This document shows, piece by piece, positions 20,763 through 31,878 of a stretch of DNA of 50,293 nt. Location: the NCBI GenBank assembly GCA_049656545.1, contig JBASLW010000084.1, positions 1 through 50,293 of the forward strand, read 5' to 3'. Origin of the DNA: Methylococcaceae bacterium (GTDB lineage Bacteria > Pseudomonadota > Gammaproteobacteria > Methylococcales > Methylomonadaceae). The translations under genes and the position numbers were made by a program. Under the pieces are notes generated by a model. That model was given only the letters and a program-made list of their open reading frames with translations. It ran no database searches and was not told the origin of the DNA. Each line of letters opens with the position of its first letter. The first letter of the stretch is position 1.

Positions 20763-21584
20763 CTATTTGTTTTGCAACTCAATCAAACCGCTTTCAGCGC
20801 GTACTAAATCGACTGCATTGATGCGTTTAAGCAATAATTCATAATTAGCACTTTGATTTGTTCGGTCATTTTGCTTATGCCACAAATGTAAAACGGGCAA
20901 CGCAAAACGCCCTTCTTTACGCTTAACGCCATAATGAATTAAACGAACCACTAAATCGGAATCTTCATAACCCCAACCTTCAAAGGATTCATCAAAACCA
21001 TTTACCGCAACAAAATCTGTTTTCCAAACACCTAAATTACAGGTCATCGCATTTTCCCAATGATTTGGACGCAATAAACGAAAACAATTAAATGGCAAAT
21101 AAAGCAAAGGTAAGAATCGATTGATTTTATTTTGAAATCGCCATTTTAAAAATGTCAAAATCGGCTGTTTATAAATGGGTAAATGTTGTTCTAAAACAGT
21201 TTGCGTAAATGCTTGATTTAATAAAATGCGATTCCCTGCCACAAAAAAATTTCTCTGTGCAAAACATTTGTGGCGCGAAATAAAATGTGGGAAAACCACA
21301 CAATCGCCATCTAAAAAAATTAAATAATCCCCTTTGCTTTCTAAAACAGCTTTATTACGAATTGCTGCTGCACGAAAGCCTTTATCTTCGTGATAAACGT
21401 GTTTTAACGAAACAGGACTTTTTTGGGAAAATGTATTGATTAAATCGGTTGTATCTGAACGTGAGCCATCATCTGCCACAATAATTTCAAAACTTAAATC
21501 ATCTTGCTGAAATAAACTTTCAAGACAATTTGCAAGGGCTTCTTTCCAGTTGTAAGTGGTAATAATGACAGAAATTAAGGGCAT
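20763..21584 (-). CDS. Family 2 glycosyltransferase
   Basis: 273 aa with ISVIITTYN, IIVADDGS and the FLDGDC (DxD) motif. Confidence 0.8.
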   Translation of the reverse strand: MPLISVIITTYNWKEALANCLESLFQQDDLSFEIIVADDGSRSDTTDLINTFSQKSPVSLKHVYHEDKGFRAAAIRNKAVLESKGDYLIFLDGDCVVFPHFISRHKCFAQRNFFVAGNRILLNQAFTQTVLEQHLPIYKQPILTFLKWRFQNKINRFLPLLYLPFNCFRLLRPNHWENAMTCNLGVWKTDFVAVNGFDESFEGWGYEDSDLVVRLIHYGVKRKEGRFALPVLHLWHKQNDRTNQSANYELLLKRINAVDLVRAESGLIELQNK

Positions 21585-22180
21585 AAATGAATCAATCCGT
21601 TTTTTTGCAATGCTAATACGTTGGTTTTTTCATGTTCCCAATGATGACAATGTGTGCCTTCAAACGAAAAACCGATTAACGAGATTTTTGCATTTTGATT
21701 TCCGAATCGTTGTAAAACAGACTTTATTGTTATGTAGCCTGTGCTTGGAAAATACGCTGTTGAATGACGGTCGATATTTAATTCATCACAACACGTTGCG
21801 TACAATTCATCAGAAAAAGACACAATGTCTTTTTGATACAAATTATTTCTAGCAATAATGTGTTTTCGATAATCCGCATGGCTAAATGCTTTTGAATTAA
21901 AAGGTTTTAACCAAAATTGAAAAGGTAAATAATTTGATGGACGTGGAAACCAAATTTCTTTGACGTTATCAATAAAAGGAAGTTTTTTTATTGTTTTATA
22001 TTTCGCAAATAAACGTCCAGGCGTTGATAAATTTGTCACACACAACGCATCGACTTTTACGCCTGTATTGTTGGCGTAATTTCGCGCTTCATTAAATCGA
22101 ATCACAAAATCGGCTGAATTCACTAATTCAGAATAATCTGTTTTTACGTCAGCATTTCCTAAGATAATGATATTCTTCAT
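21575..22180 (-). CDS. Small GT29 (sialyltransferase)-like glycosyltransferase candidate
   Basis: 201 aa. IIILGN..(11 aa)..SADFVIRFNEA resembles sialyl motif L, FPSTGYITIKSVL..ISLIGF resembles motif S, and HCHHWEHE resembles motif III/VS. Its ends overlap both neighbours by 4 and 10 nt. Motif-level call only. Confidence 0.45.
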   Translation of the reverse strand: MKNIIILGNADVKTDYSELVNSADFVIRFNEARNYANNTGVKVDALCVTNLSTPGRLFAKYKTIKKLPFIDNVKEIWFPRPSNYLPFQFWLKPFNSKAFSHADYRKHIIARNNLYQKDIVSFSDELYATCCDELNIDRHSTAYFPSTGYITIKSVLQRFGNQNAKISLIGFSFEGTHCHHWEHEKTNVLALQKNGLIHLCP

Positions 22181-23208
22181 TTTTGACTGTTTTCAGCAAG
22201 CGACATAATTTGATTAAACATATTATTTATTTTTGAATTGGACTCAACAAGAAACGTTTCTATATTCGCAATTTCATCCGCACTAAAATCAAAAGTCGTA
22301 TCAATGTCAATTTCATTGGGTGAAATCAAGCGAGCTGGATTTAATCCAATATCTTGTAATAAGCCTTCTATTTTGTATGTATTTGAACTAACGGCAAAAA
22401 AAGGTATTTTCATTATCAAACAAAAACATACCATGTGATAACGTCCTGTAAAAATGAACTTGTATTCCCTTAAATGCGTAATGAAATCCACCTGATTTTG
22501 CTTTTGATATAAGCCATTTTTTTTTCGTCTTTTTGTCAGAAAATACTGTTTCACTGCTTTCACAAGGGCTTTTCTCAAAAAGCGTAACGCTTTCTTTTTT
22601 TGTAAAATGGTTGTGATATTTTCGTTTAAAAAATCGTTATTGTTAAATATATCAATATATTCAAATTGCTTTTCTTTCGCGTAATTATCCATTTTTACAG
22701 CAGATTTTTTTAATACACTGTCGGTATATCCTATTTTGGATGCGCCATAGTTTTGAGTATTGAAACCATCAAAATTCCAAAATGTTAAATCAGGGACAAC
22801 AAAAGATTCAATATCGTGACTGCGTAAATAATCGTAAGAATAAGATTCTCTTACATAAATTTTCGTAGCCTGTTTTAACAATTCAAGATTTTTTTCAGAT
22901 AAATTCGAGATAGTTGCATTGATGACAACAACAGGTAGGTTGTAATGTTTGCAAAATTCAATTAACGATAAAAGACAGTTTATATAAGAATTTTCATCGT
23001 GTAATGTTCCTTCACCATTGATAATAACCAAATCAGTTTGCAGAATATCTCTTTTGATATTTTCATCACTATCCCAATGCTCAAGTAATTTTATATATCT
23101 TAAAATTTCAACATTTCTACAAAACAAATTCCTGTCTATCGCATTCATTACTCTTGAACAGCCATGATGTTTTTCAATTCGTGTATCGTTTGCAATAATT
23201 ACTTTCAT
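22177..23208 (-). CDS. Polysaccharide pyruvyl transferase family protein (WcaK/CsaB-like), tentative
   Basis: 343 aa. The layout resembles WcaK: an N-terminal HHGC region, VIINGEGTLH (WcaK has IIQVGGSFF) and TGRYHMVCFCLIMKIPFFAVSSNTYKIEGLLQDIGL (WcaK has TRLHSAIISMNFATPAIAINYEHK). Confidence 0.5.
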   Translation of the reverse strand: MKVIIANDTRIEKHHGCSRVMNAIDRNLFCRNVEILRYIKLLEHWDSDENIKRDILQTDLVIINGEGTLHDENSYINCLLSLIEFCKHYNLPVVVINATISNLSEKNLELLKQATKIYVRESYSYDYLRSHDIESFVVPDLTFWNFDGFNTQNYGASKIGYTDSVLKKSAVKMDNYAKEKQFEYIDIFNNNDFLNENITTILQKKKALRFLRKALVKAVKQYFLTKRRKKNGLYQKQNQVDFITHLREYKFIFTGRYHMVCFCLIMKIPFFAVSSNTYKIEGLLQDIGLNPARLISPNEIDIDTTFDFSADEIANIETFLVESNSKINNMFNQIMSLAENSQK

Positions 23209-23260
23209 AAAAATGGATTCTGATTTTTGCCGATTTTTTGACTACGAGTATTGATGAATG

Positions 23261-24592
23261 CTACGCCGACTTTACATCTGAACTTGGCGCACGACGTTTC
23301 CCGATATTTTTTTGGTCACGGTGACGCACTTTAACTTTTTCAGGTTTTTCTTTTTTTGTTTCGACTTTCTTTTTACCGCCGACGGTTTTTCCTGACGCTT
23401 TCAATTTTTTAGGTCCTTGGAATTTTCCTGCCAATTCTTTGATACTTCGACGAATAAAACTTTGACGTAAAAAACGCTCAATTCCCGCCATCAAATTCCA
23501 TTCCGTGTGTTTAACGAGCGTAATCGTTAAACCTGTTTCGTCACTGCGTCCCGTGCGTCCGATACGATGCAAATAGTTAATCCCATTACGCGGTACTTCA
23601 AAGTTAATCACGAGTTGAATACCTTTAATGTCTAAACCACGCGCCGCTAAATCGGTTGCAATCAACACATTCACTACGCCATCACGAAATAATTTCATGA
23701 CGCGCTGACGTTCTTTTTGATCCATATCGCCATGTAACACTATCGCGCGAACGCCTTTTGCACGAATTGGGTCACAAAGCGCATCCGCTTGAGCGCGACT
23801 ATTTGAAAAAACGAGAGCTTTTTCAAACGTTTCATTGAGTAGCAACCACGCAAGCAGTTGTTGTTTATGCGAATTGTCATCAGCCAAAACGATTTGCTGT
23901 TGAATATGCGGCAACTCGTCACGCAACGTATTTAACGCAATTAGCTCGTATTTTTTAAGAACTTTATCCGCCATTTTTAATACGCCAGCGTGCGTCAATG
24001 TCGCTGAAAATAAAAGCGTTTGACGATTTTCGTTACATTGTTTGGCAATTGTCAAAACATCGTCACTAAACCCCATATCAAGCATTCGGTCTGCTTCATC
24101 AAGAATCAACGTATCCAAATTTTCAAATGGCGCGGTGTCAAGTGTCAACAATTCCAAAATCCGTCCAGGCGTTGCAATCACAACCGCCGTATTTTTACGC
24201 AACGCATTTTGTTGTTTTTTGAAATCTTCGCCGCCCGTAATTAACGCCGCTTTTAACGACGTATCTTCGAGTAATTGTTGGCATTGCAAATGAATTTGCT
24301 GTGCTAATTCGCGCGTCGGCACTAAAACTAACACCCGCGTTCCCGCGTAATAATTTGGATTCACAAGCAAATAATGCAAACTCGGCAATAGAAATGCCAA
24401 GGTTTTACCACTGCCTGTTTTTGCACTAACGAGTAAATTTTGGCGTGTCAAACTTGCGGGAATCGTGCGTTGTTGCACAGGTGTTGGCGTTTCAAAACCA
24501 TTTTTAATCAAAGCGGATTGCAATGCGCCATGTAAATCGAAACTTGAAAAATCGGCGAGGTTTGACGGTGCTGGTGTAGTGACTTCTGTCAT
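23261..24592 (-). CDS. DEAD-box ATP-dependent RNA helicase (RhlE/SrmB-like)
   Basis: 443 aa with a Q motif (PTPVQQ), AKTGSGKT, DEAD, SAT, HRIGRTGR and a Lys/Arg-rich C-terminal tail. Confidence 0.9.
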   Translation of the reverse strand: MTEVTTPAPSNLADFSSFDLHGALQSALIKNGFETPTPVQQRTIPASLTRQNLLVSAKTGSGKTLAFLLPSLHYLLVNPNYYAGTRVLVLVPTRELAQQIHLQCQQLLEDTSLKAALITGGEDFKKQQNALRKNTAVVIATPGRILELLTLDTAPFENLDTLILDEADRMLDMGFSDDVLTIAKQCNENRQTLLFSATLTHAGVLKMADKVLKKYELIALNTLRDELPHIQQQIVLADDNSHKQQLLAWLLLNETFEKALVFSNSRAQADALCDPIRAKGVRAIVLHGDMDQKERQRVMKLFRDGVVNVLIATDLAARGLDIKGIQLVINFEVPRNGINYLHRIGRTGRSDETGLTITLVKHTEWNLMAGIERFLRQSFIRRSIKELAGKFQGPKKLKASGKTVGGKKKVETKKEKPEKVKVRHRDQKNIGKRRAPSSDVKSA

Positions 24593-24829
24593 GGTTTTTG
24601 TGGCATTAGAAAAATTTTGAAAGAGTATGTATTGTAAGCGTTGTTTCTCATAAGCTCTTAATAATTTAATTAGTTTTTGCCGCGACCATGACCTTTTTTC
24701 TTGTAGAATACGTTAAAAATGTGTCCTGATTAGTCGCAAGTTAATCCGTTTTTAGTAGCGCAAACGTAAAATGCGGCATTTTTAAGGAATATATTCATTT
24801 CAATTTACTTTGTGAAACGTTGAAACACT

Positions 24830-26446
24830 ATGACAGAAAAGGCTGAATTTAGTTACGAACATTATTTGGAAATGAAGCACATCGTCAGCCAGTTTGAAAA
24901 ATTGACCGACATCGGCATTTCTTTATCGTCTGAACATAACACCACGGAATTATTAGAAAAAATTTTAGTTGGTGCGATTTCATTAACGAATTCGGATGGT
25001 GGCACGATTTATATGGTACATGATGATAAAACCATTAAAAGCGCGATTATTCATTCGACCAGTTTAAACATCCATCTAAAAGGCAGTAATGAAGCGATTA
25101 TTTCGGTGTCGTTATACAACGAAAATGGTGAACCGAATTTAAAAAACGTTGTCAGTTATTCATACCACAAAGATATAACGCTAAACATTCAAGATGCTTA
25201 TGACAGTGAAGCATTTGATTTTAGTGGCACAAAATTATTTGATGCAAAAAACCATTACCGTTCAACGTCTTTTCTTACCGTTCCTTTAAAAAATCACGAA
25301 TTTGAAACCGTTGGAATGCTGCAATTGATTAACGCGCTAGATGCTAAAACGGGTAATGTGATTCCTTTTGATTCTATCGCACAACGTTTTTGCGAATCAC
25401 TTGCCAGCGAAGCCGCCACCGCGTTGACAAAACAACAATTGATTATCAATTTAGAACAAATGTTTGAATCAATGATTATGTTGATTGCGAACGCGCTAGA
25501 TGAAAAATCACCTTATAACGGTGGACATTGTCGACGTGTTCCTGAATTAACCATGATGATTGCTGAAGCCGCTCATAATACAAATGACGGTTATTTAAAA
25601 GATTTTTCATTGAGTGATGCTGACCGTTATGAATTGAAAATTGCAGGACTGTTACACGATTGCGGCAAAATTACTACGCCTGAATATGTCGTCGATAAAG
25701 CAACAAAACTGGAAACAATTTTTGATCGAATTTATTTATTAGAAACCCGTTTTGAAGTGTTAAAACGTGATGCTGAAATTGCGATGTTAAAACAAAAAGT
25801 CGCCGCGTTAGAAGTAGGACAAGATCCCCAAAATGAACTTTTAGATTATTTGTTTAACGAACGGATTACCTTGATTAACCAGCATTTCGCCTTTCTCAAA
25901 GAATGTAATAAAGGTAGCGAATTTACGTCACCTGAAAAACTACAAGCTCTGCAAGATTTACAGCAAATTACATGGCAACTTAACGGCGAATCTGTTCCGT
26001 TATTAAGTGGAAATGAATTGCATAATTTGAGTATTCCTTATGGCACATTGACAGAAATTGAACGTAAAAAAATCAACAATCACATTAGCGTCACTATTTC
26101 AATGTTGAATGCGATTAAGTGGCCTAAACATCTGAAAAATGTCACCAAATATGCAGGTGGGCATCATGAACGAATGGATGGCGGCGGTTATCCAAATGGA
26201 TTAACACGCGAAGAAATGCCAATTCAAGCACGAGCGATGGCGATTGCAGACGTTTTTGAAGCCTTAACCGCTTCAGATCGTCCTTATAAACCAGGTAAAA
26301 AATTGTCTGAATCGTTGTTTATTTTAGAAAAAATGAGCAAAACAGGACACATTGACCCCGATATTTATGCAGCCTTTATTTCACACAAAATTTATAAAAA
26401 ATACGCCGAAAAATTTCTAAAAGCTGAACAAATTGATGTTGATTAA
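24830..26446 (+). CDS. GAF-domain HD-GYP c-di-GMP phosphodiesterase
   Basis: 538 aa. N-terminal GAF-like region, then HD (LLHDCGKITTP) and HHERMDGGGYPNGL (the GYP motif), with a long insert between the two halves. Confidence 0.85.
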   Translation: MTEKAEFSYEHYLEMKHIVSQFEKLTDIGISLSSEHNTTELLEKILVGAISLTNSDGGTIYMVHDDKTIKSAIIHSTSLNIHLKGSNEAIISVSLYNENGEPNLKNVVSYSYHKDITLNIQDAYDSEAFDFSGTKLFDAKNHYRSTSFLTVPLKNHEFETVGMLQLINALDAKTGNVIPFDSIAQRFCESLASEAATALTKQQLIINLEQMFESMIMLIANALDEKSPYNGGHCRRVPELTMMIAEAAHNTNDGYLKDFSLSDADRYELKIAGLLHDCGKITTPEYVVDKATKLETIFDRIYLLETRFEVLKRDAEIAMLKQKVAALEVGQDPQNELLDYLFNERITLINQHFAFLKECNKGSEFTSPEKLQALQDLQQITWQLNGESVPLLSGNELHNLSIPYGTLTEIERKKINNHISVTISMLNAIKWPKHLKNVTKYAGGHHERMDGGGYPNGLTREEMPIQARAMAIADVFEALTASDRPYKPGKKLSESLFILEKMSKTGHIDPDIYAAFISHKIYKKYAEKFLKAEQIDVD

Positions 26447-27470
26447 GTTGATGCCAATTTTTTTATTGGCATTTTTGATTGGCGTTAGTTTTTGGATGTT
26501 ACAACCTTTTGTATTAACGTTGTTGTGGGCATTTATTATTTCATTTGTTTTATTTCCACTTTACAAACGTCTTAATCAATTTATTCAAAACGATACGCTC
26601 AGTGCGTTTGTTTTCACCTCTTTTATCACGGTTGTTTTAGTTGGTTTAACCTTTGTGATATTTCATTTAATCGAAAATGAAATCAAAAACGCTTACATTT
26701 TGTTATCAAATAACGTCGTTGAATCCTCGTGGCAATTACCCGAAAAAATTAGACACATTCCGCATATTGGTGATTATTTACAAGATAATCTGAATCGGCT
26801 GAAAAATAATCATCTGTCATTGACAGCACAGTTAATGGATTGGTTAAAAAACAGTTTTGGCATATTCGCGCAATTTTTTAGCCATATTGGACAACGAGTA
26901 ATTAAATTCAGTTTTGTTTTAGTCACCGTCTTTTTTTGTTTTCGAGATGGCGAATTATGGTTACAACAACTTAAACAATTTTTGCATTATTTTTTAGGCG
27001 ATGCTTACAGTTTATATTTGCAAACCGCAAGTGATACGACTCGAGCCGTCATTTATGGTTTAGTTTTAGCCGCTTTATCACAAGGTTTTATTGCGGGAAT
27101 TGGCTATTTTGTCGCGGGTGTAAAAATGCCGTTATTGCTTGCAATGCTCACCGCGTTACTGGCGTTAATTCCGATGGGAGCGACATTGGTTTGGTTGCCG
27201 ACAGCGTTAATGTTACTTATCGACAACCAATTATTCGCAGGCATTGGTTTAATAATTTGGGGATTTTTGGCAATTAGTACCATTGACAACGTGATTCGTC
27301 CGTTAGTCATTTGCGGCGCAAGTAAAATTCCTTTTTTAGTCGTGATGTTCGGTGTATTTGGCGGTTTATCAACATTTGGCACAATTGGTTTGTTTTTAGG
27401 ACCTGTGATTCTTTCTGTTCTTTTAGCAGTTTGGAAAAATTTTATTCGTTCGCTAAATGAAACATCTTAG
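26433..27470 (+). CDS. AI-2E family transporter (PerM/YhhT, UPF0118)
   Basis: 345 aa, multi-pass membrane protein with the family C-terminal block ([31 protein letters not shown]). The start is uncertain (26433 or 26451). Confidence 0.85.
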   Translation: MMLIKLMPIFLLAFLIGVSFWMLQPFVLTLLWAFIISFVLFPLYKRLNQFIQNDTLSAFVFTSFITVVLVGLTFVIFHLIENEIKNAYILLSNNVVESSWQLPEKIRHIPHIGDYLQDNLNRLKNNHLSLTAQLMDWLKNSFGIFAQFFSHIGQRVIKFSFVLVTVFFCFRDGELWLQQLKQFLHYFLGDAYSLYLQTASDTTRAVIYGLVLAALSQGFIAGIGYFVAGVKMPLLLAMLTALLALIPMGATLVWLPTALMLLIDNQLFAGIGLIIWGFLAISTIDNVIRPLVICGASKIPFLVVMFGVFGGLSTFGTIGLFLGPVILSVLLAVWKNFIRSLNETS

Positions 27471-29566
27471 TTCGTTTTAAAATTCGATACCGTAACAGAT
27501 AATTTCCGTGCTTGTTCTTCAAGCGATTCTGCCCCTGCAGCGGCTTCTTCCACTAAGGCTGCGTTTTGTTGCGTGACTTCATCCATCTGAGAAATCGCAT
27601 GATTCACTTGAGCAATCCCTGCGCTTTGTTCAACTGACGCGGCAGTAATTTCACCCATAATTGCCGTCACGCCTTGAACAGCTTGAACAATTTCTTGCAT
27701 TGTTTGACCTGCTTTTGCGACCAATTGACTGCCATCTTCAACTTTATCGACAGAATCACCAATCAACATTTTAATTTCACCCGCCGCCGCTGCCGCCCGT
27801 TGCGCTAAATTGCGAACTTCTGTCGCAACGACAGCAAAACCACGACCTTGTTCACCTGCACGCGCCGCTTCAACTGCCGCATTTAGTGCTAAGATATTGG
27901 TTTGAAAGGCAATGTTATCAATTACTGAAATAATTTCGACCACTTTGCGCGAGGATTCATTGATGCTATCCATGGTTGTCACCACATTTCCCACCACAAT
28001 GCCGCCTTGACTTGCAATTCTTGCGGCTTCACGCGCTAATTGATTGGCTTGTGTGGCATTATCAGCATTGTGTTGAACGGTTCCTGTTAATTCGGTCATG
28101 CTCGCGGCTGTTTCTTCTAAACTTGTCGCTTGTTTTTCAGTTCGTTGCGACAAATCATTATTTCCCGCTGCAATTTCTTGTGCAGCAGTGTTAATTTGCA
28201 AAGTAGAATCTTTAATTTCACCCACTAAGGCTTGTAAATTTTCGACAGTGCAATTGATTCCTTCGACAACTTTACCAAACGTGCCAGGGTAATTTTGGGT
28301 AATTTTTTGCGTTAAATTACCTTGAGCAAGCGACGTTGAAACACGCAAAATATCATTGAACCCCGTGTCGCACGTTGTGAGTAATTTATTTAAATCACTC
28401 AGCATATCGCGGAACATAAATTCAAAATCATCGGCATTGGCACGTTTTGAAAAATCACCCTCTAAGCCCGCTTTCGCTAAAATTTCAATTTCATTACTAA
28501 TTAAAAACAAGGCTTTTTTAATACCGCTCATTGCTTCCGTAATTATTCGTGTTTCACCTGGTAATTCTTCCATATCAAGCGAAAAATCGCCTTTTGCATA
28601 TTGAGCAACGATTTCAATAATTCTACGATTTATGCTAACGCGCGATTGAATTAAATCGTTCATTTGTTGAGCAATACGTTGATAAGTCCCTGAAAATTTA
28701 GAGACATCTACCATCACTTTTGGATAGCCCTTTTTATGTTGCTCTGCCATCATATCTTGTGCTTCAACAAAAGAATTCAACGCATTTTGCATCATGTTCA
28801 TTGAACGTAATAAATCGCCAATTTCATCGATTTGTGAAATATCAATTTTTGAACTCAAATCTCCCATTGCGATTGCATTGGCAATTTGTTGAGAAGATTT
28901 TAACGAACGCAAAATGCCTCGACTAATCAACCAAGTAACAATCGATGCTAAAACGATACTAAAACTGAAAATAGCCAGTAATCCAATATCAAAACTACCA
29001 ATTAAATTTTTAGCGTGTTCTTCATCTTTTGCATTACGTTTCGTTGTTTTTGCAACGACTTCATCAATCGCAGCACGGTGTTTTTCATAACTGGCTTTTA
29101 TTTTTGCCAAACTCGTTTCAACAGCCGCAGAATTGCCTGCTTGAACACTGGGAATAAAATTTTGTTGTGCTTCGTTATAAAAATCTTCGGCAGCGTGATA
29201 AGAATTTTCTAATAACAATGTTTTCAATTCAGGTTCAAGCGATTCATTTTGCCAATAAGTGTGACGTGTATCGTATTCACCTTTTAACACTTGAAAACGA
29301 TTAGCTAATGCTGAAATCTCATCTGGATTTGTAACGTGTGTAAGTTGTAAAACCACCAAATAGGATTCAAGAATATATTCAGGTGGCGGCAAAATATCGG
29401 CAATTAAATCTTTGCCTTGGACAATACGTTGATAAATAGGACCATTTACGTTGAGCGTACTCATTGCTTTCAATGTGGCAATACCAAAAAGCGTAAAGCC
29501 AATAATTAAAATACTTAAAATAATGCCAAACCTGGCTTTAATCGTAAATGAAGAGAATTTGTTCAT
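27467..29566 (-). CDS. Transmembrane methyl-accepting chemotaxis protein with periplasmic helical sensor and several HAMP-like repeats
   Basis: Canonical signalling tip ([37 protein letters not shown]) and two TM segments. The ATG at 29566 (MNKFSSF, with AGGA 8 nt upstream) is preferred over the ORF-track start at 29596. No C-terminal pentapeptide. Confidence 0.9.
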   Translation of the reverse strand: MNKFSSFTIKARFGIILSILIIGFTLFGIATLKAMSTLNVNGPIYQRIVQGKDLIADILPPPEYILESYLVVLQLTHVTNPDEISALANRFQVLKGEYDTRHTYWQNESLEPELKTLLLENSYHAAEDFYNEAQQNFIPSVQAGNSAAVETSLAKIKASYEKHRAAIDEVVAKTTKRNAKDEEHAKNLIGSFDIGLLAIFSFSIVLASIVTWLISRGILRSLKSSQQIANAIAMGDLSSKIDISQIDEIGDLLRSMNMMQNALNSFVEAQDMMAEQHKKGYPKVMVDVSKFSGTYQRIAQQMNDLIQSRVSINRRIIEIVAQYAKGDFSLDMEELPGETRIITEAMSGIKKALFLISNEIEILAKAGLEGDFSKRANADDFEFMFRDMLSDLNKLLTTCDTGFNDILRVSTSLAQGNLTQKITQNYPGTFGKVVEGINCTVENLQALVGEIKDSTLQINTAAQEIAAGNNDLSQRTEKQATSLEETAASMTELTGTVQHNADNATQANQLAREAARIASQGGIVVGNVVTTMDSINESSRKVVEIISVIDNIAFQTNILALNAAVEAARAGEQGRGFAVVATEVRNLAQRAAAAAGEIKMLIGDSVDKVEDGSQLVAKAGQTMQEIVQAVQGVTAIMGEITAASVEQSAGIAQVNHAISQMDEVTQQNAALVEEAAAGAESLEEQARKLSVTVSNFKTN

Positions 29567-29618
29567 AATTTTTGTCCTAAAATTTTTACCGCGCATTTGT
29601 CACAAACTATATCTTGTA

Positions 29619-29650
29619 CTATCGGCAGAATTGCTATTATTTGAAGAATT
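29619..29650 (-). promoter_or_regulatory. Candidate sigma28-type promoter for the MCP gene
   Basis: The reverse strand has GCCGATAG (7/8 to the GCCGATAA -10 consensus) about 53 nt upstream of the 29566 ATG. The -35 is weak (TTCAAATA). Confidence 0.3.
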
Positions 29651-29666
29651 AAAATTTGAAAACCGT

Positions 29667-31802
29667 TTAATGACTTAATGCAGCGCGAACACAACGCAAA
29701 ATTTCATAACTGTATTTTTCGTTAAATTGTTCAAAAACAGGTTTGACAGAATTTTTAAATTCATCGGGTAAATTTTGAAATGCGGTTTGAATTTCACTGA
29801 TTTCATCATTTGAAAGCGAAATAACATCACTTAATTTCAATTCATCTTTCAAAATCCCATCCGCTAAATGCACAAAAATCGTTGTCGGTTGTAATTGACG
29901 ATATTCAGCAATTTTTTCAACATCAAAACCCAATTTAAAAAGTTGAATCGTTTGTTCAGCAGTCGATTTTTCATTTTCTAAAATCGAAAAGGCTTGAATG
30001 ATTTTTAAAAAATCGTTTCCATAAGATTTTAATTTATGTTCTCCAACACCTGATAATTCGCCAAATTCAGCCAACGTGCGCGGTTTAAATTCCATCATTG
30101 CCATCAATGTCGCATCGTGAAAAATCGTGTAGTTGGGAACATTTTGCGCGTCTGCTAAATCTCGACGTTTGTCACGCAACGCATTCCAGAAACGGGTTCT
30201 TGTGTCATCGAGAATTTTGGTTTGTTTTGTGTCGCTACGGAGTTTGCGTGAACGAATTGTTTTTTCAGGACGAATTTCATAACGAAACAGCAATTTTTGT
30301 TCATCACGCAAAATGGGACGACTGGCTTCAGTCAGTTGCAATGTATTAAAATTTTCAAAATTCACTGTCACCAAATTACGCGAAACTAATTGCCGAAAAA
30401 CGGAATGCCATTGTGTTTCGTCTAAATCTTTGCCAATGCCGAAAACGGTTAATTGGTCGTGTTTGTTGTAGCGAATGCGCTCATTTTGCAAACCTTGCAA
30501 CACGTCAATTAAATAACTCACACCAAAACGTTGTCCTGTTCGAAACACACATGACAAGGCTTGTCGCGCCGCAAGTGTGCCATCCCAGGTTTTAGGCGGT
30601 TCTAAACAGCAATCGCAATTTCCACAGGGTTTTTCTAACGTTTCACCAAAATACTGTAATAACGTTTGCCGCCGACAATGCACTTGTTCACATAACGCTA
30701 AAATCGCATCGAGTTTGTAGTTTTCTAATTTTTTATGCACTTCGTCGGCTTCTGATTGTTCAATCCAACGCCGTAAAACCACAATATCACCCAAACCGTA
30801 AGCCATCCAAGCATTCGCTGGCAAACCGTCACGCCCTGCCCTGCCCGTTTCTTGATAATACGCTTCAACACTTTTCGGCAAATCCAAATGCGCCACAAAT
30901 CGCACATTCGGTTTATCAATTCCCATACCGAACGCAATTGTGGCAACGATGATTATGTTGTCTTGCGTTAAAAATTGTTGCTGATTTTTTTGCCGAATAT
31001 CGGTTGATAAACCTGCGTGATAGGGCAACGCATTCAGCCCTTTTTCACACAACCATTCGGCAACCGCATCGACTTTTTTACGCGATAAACAATACACAAT
31101 GCCCACATCGCCTTTATGATATTTACTAATAAAATCAAATAATTGATGTTTATCTTTACCCGCTTGTTTTTGCACAATTTGGTAACGAATGTTTGGTCGG
31201 TCAAAACCACTGATATAAAGCGGCGCATTTTCAAGTTGCAAACGTTGTTGAATTTCAAGACGTGTGCGTTCATCAGCGGTTGCGGTGAGCGCGATTCTAG
31301 GAATATCGGGGAATTGTTCATGCAAAATCGACAAATTTAAATAATCAATCCGAAAATCATGTCCCCATTGCGACACACAATGCGCTTCATCAATTGCAAA
31401 CAAGGCGATTTTTAAGGTTTTAAAAAAATCCAATGTGGTCGAAATCGCCAAGCGTTCAGGCGCGATATAAAGCAAATCCAATTCACTATTTATCAATTGC
31501 TGCTCAACGTCTCGAACTTGTTGCGCGGTTAAACTCGAATTTAAAAAAGCAGCACGAATGCCTAATTGTTTCAGCGTATCAACTTGGTCTTGCATCAATG
31601 CAATCAACGGTGAAATGACGATTCCAACACCTTCTCGAATTAACGACGGAATTTGATAACACAACGATTTTCCACCGCCTGTTGGCATTAAAACCAGCGC
31701 ATCTTTTCCCGCAATTAAATCTTCAATAATGTGCTGTTGCTGCCCACGAAATTGTGAATAACCAAAAACACTTTTTAAAATTTTTAGGGGCGAGTCATTC
31801 AT
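29667..31802 (-). CDS. recQ: ATP-dependent DNA helicase RecQ
   Basis: 711 aa with MPTGGGKSLCYQ, DEAHCVSQWGHDFR, a zinc-binding C-x-C cluster, and RQC and HRDC regions. Confidence 0.95.
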   Translation of the reverse strand: MNDSPLKILKSVFGYSQFRGQQQHIIEDLIAGKDALVLMPTGGGKSLCYQIPSLIREGVGIVISPLIALMQDQVDTLKQLGIRAAFLNSSLTAQQVRDVEQQLINSELDLLYIAPERLAISTTLDFFKTLKIALFAIDEAHCVSQWGHDFRIDYLNLSILHEQFPDIPRIALTATADERTRLEIQQRLQLENAPLYISGFDRPNIRYQIVQKQAGKDKHQLFDFISKYHKGDVGIVYCLSRKKVDAVAEWLCEKGLNALPYHAGLSTDIRQKNQQQFLTQDNIIIVATIAFGMGIDKPNVRFVAHLDLPKSVEAYYQETGRAGRDGLPANAWMAYGLGDIVVLRRWIEQSEADEVHKKLENYKLDAILALCEQVHCRRQTLLQYFGETLEKPCGNCDCCLEPPKTWDGTLAARQALSCVFRTGQRFGVSYLIDVLQGLQNERIRYNKHDQLTVFGIGKDLDETQWHSVFRQLVSRNLVTVNFENFNTLQLTEASRPILRDEQKLLFRYEIRPEKTIRSRKLRSDTKQTKILDDTRTRFWNALRDKRRDLADAQNVPNYTIFHDATLMAMMEFKPRTLAEFGELSGVGEHKLKSYGNDFLKIIQAFSILENEKSTAEQTIQLFKLGFDVEKIAEYRQLQPTTIFVHLADGILKDELKLSDVISLSNDEISEIQTAFQNLPDEFKNSVKPVFEQFNEKYSYEILRCVRAALSH

Positions 31803-31878
31803 TTTTATTCCTGTTGAATCTTAATCGTTGCACAATATAGCCCATCATTTTTCATTTCAAAGTTTTTAACCGAATTTT

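Noticed and set aside
24593-24829. The 237-bp divergent intergenic region between the DEAD-box helicase and GAF-HD-GYP genes, as a possible sRNA or riboswitch.
   Set aside because: It contains only short weak stems (for example CGCA-N9-TGCG) and AT-rich promoter-like hexamers. No convincing structured element or terminator is visible by eye.
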